This document shows, in pieces, positions 50,662 to 63,700 of a stretch of 64,000 nt of DNA. Source of the DNA: Marsupella aquatica (Eukaryota; Plantae; Marchantiophyta). The stretch is taken from the NCBI GenBank assembly GCA_973895155.1, contig OZ316896.1, positions 8,267,539 to 8,331,538 of the forward strand. The letters are read 5' to 3'. A program made the translations under genes and the position numbers. Positions within the stretch are counted from its first letter, which is position 1; each line of letters starts with the position of its first letter. Under the pieces are notes generated by a model, which was not told the origin of the DNA, did not search any database, and saw only the letters and a list, made by a program, of their open reading frames with translations.

Positions 50662-52379
50662 CTAGGGTCTTACTTTCTCCTTCAAAAACTGTTCAATGTG
50701 CTCCGACTTCCAGTTGTCGATCCTGAGCAGAACAACGCACAAGATGGACACTTCTTTGAGCGTGTCCACTTTACATTGCAACTCTCTGATCTAAGAAAAG
50801 TTTTGTTACTCCCACCCAGCCCTAAAACTCAAGAAATGTTCTTCTCGACTGGATCCTTCACTGAAATTCGGAACCTTGGTAAAAGGCTGGCCATACAAGC
50901 AGCACATAACTTTTCAGGTCCATTCACACATAACTCAAGGGTTGGGGTTCTACAAGTAGGAGCAACAAGTACATAGGTGAGAAGCATACACAAGGATTGA
51001 GATTCCAGAATCTTCAGTTGGTTCTTCTTTATTGCAATTGAGTCTTCCGAAAGATTCATGGAAAAGAAGAAACAGACCTTATTGTTTCCTTGAAATTTCC
51101 ATGACGATCCAGCATGATGAGTTTTGGAGGTGACCCGTATCGATATTGGACTTCCACCGAAGGCAACTCAGATAACTTGCCTTCCACAATGGTCTGGATG
51201 TTCGGATAGTATGCTAGCTTTCTCGAACAAACTTCGAGTATTGCTCCAGCGTAGGTAGTCTGTAGCATCACAAGCAGGCAAGCAGGCAAGCAATCAGAAG
51301 CCTAAAACTGCGGATCACAGTCGTATCTGACTGGTCGAACACTGTGTTAAACAAACGACTTTTTCTATTAGGCCCGAATCGGTATGCAGAGTTTTGTGCA
51401 GAACAACTTAAGGACTTCGGCTATTCTATCGCAGATATAGTGCAAAGTAACTCAGAACTTTAGGATGTTTCATCTGGACTGAAACGCTTGCTAAGGTACG
51501 AGAGAAATAAGTAAGTGACTCAGAATGAGAAGCTCTTTAGCTTCTTATTAATATGCAAAGAGCTTCAGCAAGGTCGGGCCTGGAATGCCATACCTTGCTG
51601 ATGGAATCCTCTGATTCTTGAGCACAGCATTTTCGACAGTCTGACTCCAGCTCTGAAGAGACAGAACAACAGCCCTTAAAACCCAACAACAGCCCTTGAG
51701 ATAGAACAATGAATTCGAAAATTTGATTGTAGCACGTAAATCACATTTTCGCCGACAATATTCCGGCTTCAGGACATAAGCGACAGACTGCACAATTATA
51801 AGCGAGCTAATTGCGAGCCAATTATCGAAGATCCATGACAAAATTTCTGAGAAAATTAGGTTCCTACGTTCTGATTTTAAGTTCTGAAAGAAATGGCATT
51901 TACAATCCTCGACAAAGATCATTAAGAACCAGAGAACAATATATGACAAAACTAGACACCATGAGACTCTCGAAAGATAGATAATGTCTGATTCGTAGAA
52001 ATCTGCATGTATAAATACTTCAAAACTCGAAATCGGAGGCATTGAATATCGGTATGACCTGAAAATTGATCATTATTTCTGACCAACACATGTCAGCTGC
52101 CTTCTCGCATATCGTGAATCCATGTACTGAGTACGCACAATTGCAGGGAGGATTTAAATGCACCAGCAAATTGTGCACACAAAATTAGGGGTAAAGCAAA
52201 AATAGCGCACCTTCATCTTTAACATATTCAGCGAGGGAATCGCAATCAGAGCAGAGAGCGAGTCCTGTGAACCCAAGTGCCTCACACTTAACGTCGTCTC
52301 CCCCTGTTTCTCCTGTCGCTGTGCCGACCACAATCAATGCGCCCAAAATCAGCAACGCCCACCTGAGCCCCTTTCCCAT
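50662..52379 (-). CDS. SELENOF: Selenoprotein F (Sep15)-like ER protein, plant non-Sec homolog; exons 52379-52211, 51652-51594, 51259-51078, 50722-50662
   Basis: Signal peptide, Cys-rich CEALGFTGLALCSDC...CRKCC, thioredoxin-like AILEVCSRKL..YP, VQYRYGSPPKLIMLD, IRIDNWKSEHIEQFLKEK; in-phase GT-AG introns. Confidence 0.93.
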
Positions 52380-54058
52380 TCTGCAAGACTTGTCGACTCT
52401 GGTACAGTGCAGTCCTCCACTCCCGGGATCCCAGCTCGATGAAAGGCGGACCGGATTTTCTGCCTTCTTCCTCAGAATTGGGATCAATAATGCCACCCGA
52501 ACAAGATTGTTGCCTGCGTTCTGATATCTTTTGCCACCAGAGTGTTGGGTCTGGAGCCGGGTTCCTCAAAGTGGATCCCTCTCGATCCTGTCTAAACTTG
52601 AACACGTTCTGTAGACTAATACTGGAGTGAGATCTCCTCGCTATCGACGAGGTCTCAAACCTACCAATAGCATACCGTCGTCAAAACGACGGGCATTCCG
52701 AGACTACCCCGTCCAGCACTCGACGGCTGGCCCGTGGTGACTTCAATCGTCAGGGGCTCGAGCGACCAGCACGGGCTTTTCCCTAAACACGGGCTATTCC
52801 CGTGCGCTTCTCAGAGTGGTCGTGTCAAACCAGTCGATGAGCACTCAGAAACATGCTAGTGGATGAGAGAGAGCTGTCGAGAACGTGGGGATCTTCATCC
52901 CGGCATGGAACCTGCGAAATCCAAATTGATTGTAGGAGCCGTCTCAGCATTGAATTGAATGGAGTGAAGGAATCACGGCGTACGATGGAGCTGATGATTT
53001 TTGAGGGACAGCTATTTTCAAACAGAGAGAGACAAGGCAATCCAAATGCATTGAGACCCTGCGAGGCAGATGGCTCTTCAACCATAGCGAGTGACAGTCA
53101 GGGAGAGGATTCGGCTCAGGAGAGCTACCTTGCAGGTATCGTGAGCTCTTCATCACAACCAACCGAGCAGCTTATGTATATTCTTGTCATGTTTCTAATT
53201 TTATTGGTACACAAGAGAATGTAACATGTAGGATTCAGGCACTGTCTTGATCACAGATGCCCTCATTATCACATCTCTTTCTCACAGGCAAATTCAGGGA
53301 ATAGTAAATTCGATAGTAGGGATGTCACTACTGTATCTCACATCCCTTTGTTGTATTCTGTTGAACATTTTATCATCTGTTCGCAATGCCGTTTGCCAAT
53401 CCTCTGTCGTCCCACATCATTACTGTCGACGAGCAGCCTCCGCTGCACAATTCTATTGCAGTCAGGTGGGTATACAACAGATAGAATCGCTCTAGGGACA
53501 AGCACAACGAACTTCTTATTTTCTTCCAAGAAACCTCTACAGTACGGTTGCTACTGTTGTACTATTGGATGAGCGATGGTGGTGGAGTGTCTTCAAGAGT
53601 CGATTCAAGCAATTGCTTCTTGCTAGATTCGATATGAATGCAATTACTGAAACGAAAATGAAAGGAGGATAGTCTTCGGGCTGAACAACCGTTGCCATAC
53701 TCATGTTTCTCCTCCTGACGATGTTTGCCTAGTTGTTGAATTTTGAAGAAGGTTTATATCAAATTCAGGCTCAATGTAGGCATATTTCGAACTGATTGGA
53801 TGATTTACCGGCCATCGAAAGATTTTGTCAAATTGAATTGCACCTTCATTCTGGCGGGAGTGCTGTATTTGCTCTCATCTGCTAGAGAACATTTCTCAAC
53901 AAAACTGCTGATTTAAGTTGTATTCATTTCTAGTACAGAGATCTAGTTCACTCGAGTTTGAATTTAAGTTTTCTTACTTTGATTTTAGGGTTTATAACTT
54001 CGACAAACTTCATATTTTTCAAATGACAGGTAATCAGGCACGAAGAGTGGGAGAACGA

Positions 54059-55407
54059 ATGGCGCCAACCCTGCGAGAGAAGGCTGCAAAAGTCCCAGCA
54101 AAACGGACTGTCTGCAATGCTGATGATTTCCTCCTTCTCTTGGATTATTTGGAAGACAGCAACAATTTTGAGAAGCTTTTCGGGGCTGGGCGGAAAGCAG
54201 TCGTTGGAGGTAAATATCTGAAAAAGGAAGACGCGTGGGACATTGCAACGGCAGAGTTGAAAGCTGTAGGCTTCAAAGACACGACGGGGAAAAATCTGAA
54301 CAAGAAGTGGCAGAGGTACTTCGGTAAGTACAGGGAAGCCAAAAAATTGGAAAGACAGTCAGGGGGAGTCCTCACTGGTGACGAGTTGGAGAAGGGATTG
54401 ACGATAGAAAAAAAGCTAAATGGTATTTGTGACCATTTTTACAAAATGGATGCACTGTTGGGCACTAGGGTAAACATAACACCTCGGGATCAGTCAGGCC
54501 TTATGAGCTTTGAGAATTTCTCAGGACAATCCATGCCTGGGAAACAACAGCCAGAAATCGTGACAGTGTCTACTCCATCGCCAACTCGTGATCTCTCGGG
54601 TAAGTCAGCAGTCTTCAATCCATTCTCTCCCTAAATGTCCTGGTAAATCTACTCATCATTTAGCTTCCTTTTACATTTTGTCCAAATGCCAATACATGCT
54701 CTGTTGGATTGGAAAGTCTCGTTACTGAAATGTGGCTTGTGTGAGTGCCCCCACATTTACAACAAGCAGACGAGGTGCACACTCCTGCATGGATGAAAGA
54801 ACAACTCGACCGGAATGAAGAGGAACAACAAATTGGTGGACAAGAAGGAGAGCTAGAAACTCGCCAGCCAAAAACCCATCCACAATCACAGCAGTCACAA
54901 GGAGCAGTGCGGATCACCCAGGAAAAGGGCCCAGGGAGCACACAGCCTCCACCTGTAGTCGGAACTGATCCAGCATCACATACCAGTCCCTATGTAATAA
55001 TGGGTACCTCAGCTGCAGCTCAGAACTCACAACCTCCCAAGACAAAAAGGACACCTGCGGGCAAGATTGATCACGAGAAACGAAAAATAGGCAGCACATT
55101 CGCGCCAGTTTTGGCTAACGCGTTTCAGGAGAGTAAAGCTCAAGAGGTTGAAATGAAGTACAAGTACATTGAGAAAAAGGATCACTGGAAGATGGCAGAG
55201 CTTGAGGATAAACGTGAGGCCAGATTCTGTGATTATAAGAGGAGAAGATTAGAAATGGAGTTTGAAGCTGAGCAGAGAAATTTGGATAGATTGCACAGAG
55301 TGGAGACAACAAAACTGAAGAATAAGCTGGAATTGATCATTGCAGGCTGGACTCAAGGAAAATCCCAGGAAGAAATCACTCACATGTGCAATATCTTGGA
55401 TGATTAG
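54059..55407 (+). CDS. Myb/SANT-like DNA-binding protein resembling the PIF/Harbinger accessory ORF; exons 54059-54599 and 54770-55407 (alternative ATG at 54023)
   Basis: LLLLDYLED..NF..LFG...K..AW..A..L...KKWQRY..KYREAK..SGG..T....IEKKL..IC..F..MDALLG.R.NITP pattern, low-complexity linker and coiled-coil C-terminus; phase-1 GT-AG intron joins the two ORFs. Family assignment is by eye. Confidence 0.65.
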
Positions 55408-58400
55408 CAACTTAGGGTTGAGAGGATACGTGAGTCCGAGGTTTATTCTGTGATAATTTTTCGATAGCAGCTACAATTTGAGGCAGGCACAAAGTGCCAC
55501 AATGTTGGACGTCTACGTTATGGTGACACAAAACTACAAGCTCTCGCTGGTAGGCTTCTTGATAACATCACTTGCAGTTGGCTTTTATCTTTGGTTCTTG
55601 GAATGAGGTTTTGGTGAAGACTGATAAAATCTTTAGTACCTGCAGTCGCTAGTGCTTTGTCGTCGTCTTTTTATAACTGTTTGATAATCAGTCAGTTATT
55701 TTTGTCTTTGTCAGAAGCTTTGTAAGTGACAGAGGTAAATGATTTGGATTTATGTTCGTTCTGATGGATGTTTTGTGCAGCCGGGACTATGTTCTTCTTC
55801 ATGAGCATTTAATTGGATAGGGCTTGGGGTTTCTATCACAAGTGTATTACTGTTGACTCAGAGGTACAAGACGCAAACTACGAGAGCTAGTTGTGCCACT
55901 AAGTATTGTACATTCCTTGACAATTTGTAGAGGTCTGATGACATCGTCAATGCCAGCAGGCCAATGAGCCTCACTTGGACGTCCAGTATGTTCCACCTCG
56001 GCGAGTGACATCAGGGGTTAAATATTTGGTAGAGAAGAATCCCATAAGGCTTGGACAGTGCTTGTAGCTAGAGCACAAAACCAAAATTTGGGCTGTGCTG
56101 GTGGTGGTTGGTAGGCCAGGGTGATACTTCACTACGCTGCCAGGTTGATTTGTGTACTGAATATTGTTAAGTTTTTAAATTCTCTCGAGCTACATTCCAT
56201 ATCACAGTCATTTTTACTGAGTGCCAAAGTGTTGCTCTCAGGGCTGTCTTGCATGTATTGTCTCACAAGTTTCTGACCCTTACCACTCCCGGAAGTATCG
56301 GTGAAAAGCAGATGCAAAGCTCCCGAATCCCGGCTTACCCTGCTACGTGGGAACTACCAAAGCCTGTGCGGTCTTGCTTGTCGTTTTGACGTCTAGATTG
56401 TTACAGGGCTCTGCTGGGCATTGTTTCATTGTTTTATTCCAGTTTCAAGGTCTGGGACCTCAAGGGCTGGAAAGTTCTTTCGAAACCAAAGTGTTATGGC
56501 TTTATTGTTTTGGATGTATCACTCTTATGGGGTATGTATTTCGATAGCCCATAGTGATTTTGTCCTGGCCGTAACAGTTTTTTATGTCCTGAGCCAGTTG
56601 TTTTATGTCCTGGGCCAAAACTGAGTTACAGTTATGCTTTGACACGCCTTATTGGCTCTCAACCAACCAAATTTAAAGAATAGTAAAATACTCTTTCCTT
56701 GTGTCCCATGAAGAAATACTCCCTAATTCATCCATTCACCTCCTAATTAATGGAAGGATGAAATTTCTAGATTGACCCAAAAGGAAGCTATACTGGTGTG
56801 AGAACTAATCCTCCACTCTACAACAAATGTCATCCTATCCTCTAAAAAAATATTAATAAACCTAACTATTTAACTATTCTAGTATATCAGAAATCCACCA
56901 AAGAGGGAGAGGTTGTCTTGTGAAGTGGTAGTAGGCAGGAACTTTTATGGGTCCTCAGATTTTTTTTCATATTTTTTGAAGTAGAAAAATCACTCTTAAG
57001 GGGCTCACAGGTGATATGCACCCTTGCAGGAGTGGGTGGTTGAGTGGACAGGCAGCTCAGGGCAAACCCACCTCTACCTCAGGGCAGACCCACAACTACA
57101 AAGAGTTGTACCACTGGGGGACTCACAGCGTACAGGAGGGTGCTAGGCATGTTGCATATGGGGCATGTATGGGAGTAGGAAGGGGGCATGTATGGGAGAA
57201 GGAAGTGGGGCATGCATGGTGAGGGGGCAGGGGGCTGTGCAAGGCTTAGAGGAATATTAATATAGGGCATGCAGAGAAAATGTAGGGTTTAGGGAGGGCC
57301 AAAAGATATGTAGGGGAGAAATTGGGGGGAACAAAAGGGGAGACGAGAGGAACATGGACCAGTACGTGGGAAATGAAAAGTGGGCAGCAGTGGTTTATGT
57401 AGGGTTTAATAGGGGGTGTCAAAGTTGAGAATTCTGAGAAAGAAACGGGTCTTTCCTGTTCAGATATTTAGGCCGTCCATACTCTCTTTCCTGCAGAAGT
57501 CGGGAATCACTGGGCCAGGGGTTCACCACCTAATGAAGCCCTGAAACAGCAGCTTTCCGGGAATGAGTGGCACACAGTACTTGGCGGTATGCAACTGTGA
57601 ATATCTAACAGCGGCCAACCAGCCGACATGTTTATGTAGGTAGTAACGTGTCTGGCTCTGTTTGAGCCGCTTTGATTGTTGTTGATGGCTTCCCCCCTGT
57701 TTACAATTCAAACATGATTTCCAATTTCTGAGTTTTTTTGGTAGCAGTCCTTTACCGCCCCGCAGTGGCTGACATTGAGACACACGATGCTTTTGATCCT
57801 GAAGTCTTGATCAATGTCACTTCTGTACCAGACTTCACTATTTTCCTGACTCTCAAGTTTTTCAAGGACTGTCAGCTGCTGAGATGGCCGCGTGAGGACC
57901 CCGTGTGCTTTCACGTTCTCCAGCTTTAGCTTAGCATTCTTGCATGCCACAACCGACACAATCAAAAGCTGCTCAACATCCTGAAGCTTCTTCAACTCCA
58001 CCTGGAAATAAGTTAACTTACATTGAGTATGGCAAGAACATTGATTATATAGAGCTTGAGGATAACTTTGCCTCCATCCATGGATGTAGAAGGAAGACAC
58101 GGGTTGGGAGACGATACCAGACTAAGGGTGCTTCTTTTGCTTACATGGTTGTCGTGCTAGGCAAATTCGCAGATTTTGAGTATTGAGTTAGAGTAACCTG
58201 GCCAAACGGTTTGATAGATACCAGGACTATCTCATTCGTCCCTATGTGCCACAAAAAAAGATGTAGCATAAAAATGTCATTGTTTGATGGTGTTTGTCAT
58301 TGTTGCAAAAACGTTGTCATTTTGGTCATTATTGTGAATGTGTTATTGTTCAGGAGTATAAACGTGAGAACATGGAGATGCAAGATGGGTGATAGTGGCC

Positions 58401-58804
58401 ATTTCATCACTAAGTCGGAGCATGATCACCCAACAAATGATGCCAAATTAAAATTATTAATATTTTTAATACATACATATATACATGTTAATTTTTTTAA
58501 ATAACGGGGGGGGGGGGGGGGGGGAGGAGCAGGAAAATACTAAATTATCTCACTTTATCCCCTTCTCTATTTTTCCCTACCTTTTTCATTCTCCCCTTCC
58601 TCAATTTTTGTTCCCTATTTCCTTTATCTGGCCCTCCCCCTTTTTTCCTCCATGCCAAAGTCTGGCTACCTTCTCCTTGATCTTTGGATAGTGCTTTATC
58701 TTTATGTTTTTATGCTCGTTTTTATGGGAGTACAATATAATCATTGCACCTTTGTAGAGTTGTAGACCCCATGGGAGAGTAAAAAGGACAATCTAGTACA
58801 ATTC

Positions 58805-59390
58805 TGTTAAGATATCATAGTTAAGTTACTAGGGATACTTACCTAACCCTAGTTAGAAACCTTGTCCCCATCACCATATATATAAACATCACCCGGGGGA
58901 GAAGTTGTGATTCAGTTGGAGTTTATCATGCGACACGTTATTAGCACTTCTCAACCCGCTGAGCAAGGCCATGAAAAATTGATCCGGCACGACTATGGCG
59001 ATTTGAATCTGAAATTGAAATCCATGGAAGATTGAAGGACGGCCGATAATTAGACAGAAGCAGAGCAAACTGGAGTTCAGCCCAGCAATATCCCTTACAG
59101 TGAGAGTGCATAATAACTACCGAAAGCTATCAAAGCAAGCAAAGGAATCGGAGAGATCATGATCTAGAGAGGAAAAATAACAGAGAAGGTTTGAAGTAGA
59201 CAATGGAAGCCAACAATGGAACGAGAAGGCACTCTTTTGGAAAATTGAAGGAGATACGAAAAGGCTCCCTTCGTTAAGTCACTAGGGTTACTTACCTAAC
59301 CCTAGTTAGAAACCTTGTACCCATCACCATATATATAAACATCACCCGAGGGAGAAGTTGTGATTCAGTTGGAGTTTTTATCATGCAACA
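58805..59390 (+). mobile_element. Small non-coding LTR element (TRIM-like or deleted LTR retrotransposon), 586 bp
   Basis: TG start and CA end, 5-bp TSD AATTC (58800-58804, 59391-59395), direct repeats 58805-58935 and ~59273-59390 (the second lacks its first ~14 bp), PBS-like CGTTATTAGCAC after LTR1. Confidence 0.85.
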
Positions 59391-60726
59391 AATTCATAAT
59401 TGTATTCTCAAGTAAGCTATTGCAATGTCATTATGTGTTTACGCGTTTCCAGATCTAATATGGTCTTCAAAAAATGATATTTTAATGAGTTGTTTTTTTA
59501 CTAAAATATTTGGAGATGGAGGGCACACTTTCCATTGTGACTCCTTCCCATGTGCCTTTCTAGTCACATTGTTCTATGGTACCTTTATTGAGCTTTCTTT
59601 TATAAATCCAACAACCATCGTTATACATATTGTATATCTAATGGATACAAATCACTCCTGCCTTTTTCATGCTTTGTAACCAGACAAAAGTTGAGATTTG
59701 GCGGGCTTGCATATTATAGAGTGTAGATGTGTAGCTTGGCCACAAAATTAATAATCAAACGGTTACAAAAACTCACCCAAACAATCTAACGGCTGCCATT
59801 CATTCCTGCCCAAAATACATTTTGTAACTGGATGAAGGACTAAAATGAGCCTATTTAATCTCGGGGGTTTCACTTCCATAAAAATGACATATCATGTGCG
59901 ACGAAGGATAGGGATGTTTTATTGGTTCTAAGGGAAGACTTAAATTTTTTTGTAGAAGAACAATAAGGTATTTTAAATTCAATTTTGAGACTTATAAGAA
60001 TATTAGGGTCTTTTTAATTTAATTTTTAAAATATTCCAATAATATTCCAATTTTATAGGGGTTAAATTTTTTTTTTAAATTATTACATTTTAAGGAGTTC
60101 AAGACCTAAAAAATGTGGCAGGTTATCCAGATCCCCATATAGTGAGACCTTGAGATTTCAATATTATAGATGTAGATTGGCCCTCTCGACCTCTTTTGCT
60201 TTTCCTCCAATATACTTTGTTTTTCCCTCTTACACTAGATTGGCTAACTTGGTCCCTAGCTAGCCGAAACCTTGGTAAATTAAACCTAATTTCAGGACTC
60301 CTCGTTTGGCTAGCCAACTGCCCTCTGGACCTCCTTTGCTTTTCCCCAAGTATTCTTGTTGGCCATTTTTTTCCGAAAGTGGCGCTCTGGACCTCTTTTG
60401 CTTTTCTTCCAGTATACTTTGTTTTGGCCATTTTTTACTAAATTGGCCCTACCGTACTAAAAACAAATCCACTCCATTCAATCCAACCCACGGAGAGAGA
60501 ATTTGAATCTATCGACATCTTCTACCCCACAGTGAAGCTCAACACGACAATCTAATCTTTCTCTCATCCTAAATTTCGTTTTGCATTGGCCAAGGAAGAG
60601 AAACCCATTGCCTCGAGTGAGTGATTTGCCTTCAGTCGAGCTATCGAGAAACACTTCGACTAACGACAATTCACACGAACAAAGGGATAACAGAGAGATT
60701 GGATAGCGATTAGCTGCTTCGATGCC

Positions 60727-63700
60727 ATGAGTAGTCTCGGCATCCCTCTCAATCTTGGGAGCCCAGCGCTGTCCTCTGTGTCCTGCATTAACGGTAGGAG
60801 CAGTAGTAATTGTTGCATCTCGCTTGGATTTCAGCGGCCAGCTTCTTTTCTTCGGCTGCGCTGCAGCAGCGATGGTGCGAATGGCGATGGCGTCCGTCTC
60901 GTCTCCTCGAAGAAAGGATTCGGAAGTAGTGGTGGCAAGGCCACCGGTGGCGGGTCAAAGAAGAAGGAGAAAGGTGCAGGAGCAGGGGATAAGGGTGTCC
61001 TCGTCGGCCGGGGAAGGAATGCTTCGGAGAAAGCATCACCGGGATCTTCTGTCCGGCTGAATAAAGTGGTGGACATTGTTGACAAGGTGATTGAATGCTC
61101 CCCTCGGAGAAACGGGAAAGCACCTAATCCCCTAGTAAACACTTGGCACTGGTTGGGAAATGCGATTTTCGCCAACTCGAATTGATTCTTAACGTACCTG
61201 TACATTATTCCCTTCCTGACTTCAAGCTTTTAAGAACTTTTACAGAATGCAAAAGAATTGGGGATATTGAATGCCCTTAAATTCTTTGTTGGAACTCAGG
61301 ACTGAGATTCCATATCCAAAGTCTTTTTTCGTTAATTAAAACCTTTACAGCTGGGAACATCTTTCAACTCGGTTTCCAAACACCATTCATTCTCTGGATC
61401 TCGGATGGTGTTGACAAGGTGATTGAATCTTAGGCAAACGATCCAGCGAAAAACATTCTGTGTAGGTATGGCATCATTCGGATTAGCTCCGTAATCTGAG
61501 ATCTCTTTGTCTGTTTCCAGCGAAGAATGGTATCAAATAACTGATTGAATTTGCAGAAGAGTTCTGGGCGCTCGAGCATTGACCCAGCCCAAGCTAAGTT
61601 GGGAAAGGTTGATTTTGTGCGAGTTCAAAATTGGGGCGAAGGCGAAGATTCCCCCCAGTTGGAAGACCTGAAAGTTAAGAGCTTCAGCCCAGCAGCGACT
61701 TCCGCTCAAAATAACAGTGATGGACCCCTCTATGAGAAACTTGTCAACAGGCTACAGCTTCTGGAGTCCAAGGTACCCCCTTAAGGACTTGAGCGTGTAG
61801 TTCTTAGATTGAGGCTGAGAATTACCAGTCTCATTTTCGATGTTTTTCGCAGTAACTCGTAAACAGCATTGCTTCTAGCAAAGGACACTCCACTATGGCC
61901 TTTGGTTGTTAAGTACATCATGGACTCGCAATCCTGTGAATCGAATTGTGGAAGTGAGTTTAGCTTTTCACGGGTGCTTGCGCAAATAGCTGGCAACTTG
62001 TAATCTTTTTCTCTTGACCATGAAGGGTGAAATAGCCGTTGCCCAAGCAAAGCCGCTACCCTCCTTCGATCGCTGGGCCTTTGGAGAGAATCGCTACGTA
62101 CAATTTTTGGTGGATGAGGTCCACACTCCATATCACTAACTCCTCCCAGGGTTTTACGGTGTTGCATTTAGCGAACTTCTTGTTGTTTTGATCAATTTTT
62201 ACTTGAGACTGGTTTCCCAATTTCAGTTCTTCTTTGCTCTGGGATTTGACAATTACCTGGTTATCTGTTCTAGCTGTCAGTTTTCGAGGCTCTGAGGGAC
62301 GTTATTGGGGCTATTCGCAAAGAAAGATGTGGGCCTGTGAATGGGAGACTGGAAGAGGTGGTCCCACTTGGTGGAGCTGCATCTGCCCTTGGCTTGTTTG
62401 AAGTGGAGCTAGGTTTGGATCGTTGTGAGGTATGGCTTCGAACACCCCTGGGATCTTATCATGAGAATGTTACGATCCACAACAAGTTTAAGTCTTCTCT
62501 CGTTGGAAGGAGTGGCAACTATTACCTCGTCTCGGATGCAGATTCTGCCATACTTCTTCATGGGATTTTTTCCTTAGTGCCCCTAATAGTAGCTTATAAA
62601 AGATCATCGAAAAGAATGGTTTACAGTAATGGCTTGCAAATTGTGGGTAACGCCGTCCATTGTTCATAATAGGCTCTGAGCATAGACAGTTGCATTTTAG
62701 TCCAAAATCGGCACAGGATAGTTGATGTTTGTGGAGCTTAAGTTTTCGATCACTTTATGAATGTTTGTAACAATGACAATTTGGCAGGCTCTTTCTGCGG
62801 ATATTACTGCTATTGTAAGTTCATCTGGGCGAATAAGAGAATCTGGGTCTGAGTCAATTACAGCAAATACTCAAGCCGCTGCATATGCGAAGGTGAGCAA
62901 TTTTGTCTTCAATGAAGGAGACAGTTAGAAAGTTCCTTGATTTCAGATCGTCTCCCATCCATTTGGATCACCTGCCAAGCTTTAGTAGGCATCACGTTGG
63001 CTTTCGTGCTAGTTCTAAGAAAAGGAATTTCGTCCTCAGCTTCACTTATAAGTAAATGTTGTACCGAGTGGTTCTAGATTTCATGTTTTTCACATGTACT
63101 TCGTTATTTCCCTTTCCTGCTAAACAGAGGATTCAAACAATGTGTTCAAGTCGGTCCTCTAGTAACCCGATTCAATTCATCTTACAGTATATCAGACAGT
63201 TGGGGAAATCAAGTCTAGACGATGGTGAGAAAGCAAAAGAGGCTTGCCTTAAGTTGCTGGCACACGTATTTGCAATATATGTCTCTCACCTTACCACAGG
63301 TTTGTCCCTCTTCATGACTCTTAGCAACCAGATCGATTACTTTGCACTTGTTGTGATGTTATTTTGTCGTTGTACATTTTTGCGTGTCAACTTACCCGAC
63401 TAGATTATTTCTTTGAACTTGCAAAACTGGTTTTCACCGGATGGTGTATGTATGTAATTCGAAATAAGTTTGAATGTTGAATCTCGTGTCTAAATTGTGT
63501 TCACAGGAATGCGAATTGGAGCAAAGGCGTTGGACAATGTTGTGTCATTAAGGCAGATAAAGGCACTGAGATTTTATCGTGACTATCCTCCGGTATGTAA
63601 TTATGTCGTATAGCGCTCTGCAGTGGTGGTAGGGCTCGCTATGACGCGACTCCTGACCATAGGTGCTGCCATTGATTGGCATTTGTATTGGAGTTTAAAG

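Noticed and set aside
50662-52379. A true selenoprotein in a land plant
   Set aside because: No in-frame TGA; the Sec position is AGA (Arg).
57000-58200. Purine-rich tract plus minus-strand ORF fragments (57523-58100), perhaps a TE remnant
   Set aside because: No recognisable domain, termini or TSD.
63156-63169. 14-bp match (cctctagtaacccg) to window positions 5-18
   Set aside because: Short isolated match with no convincing extension; compatible with chance.
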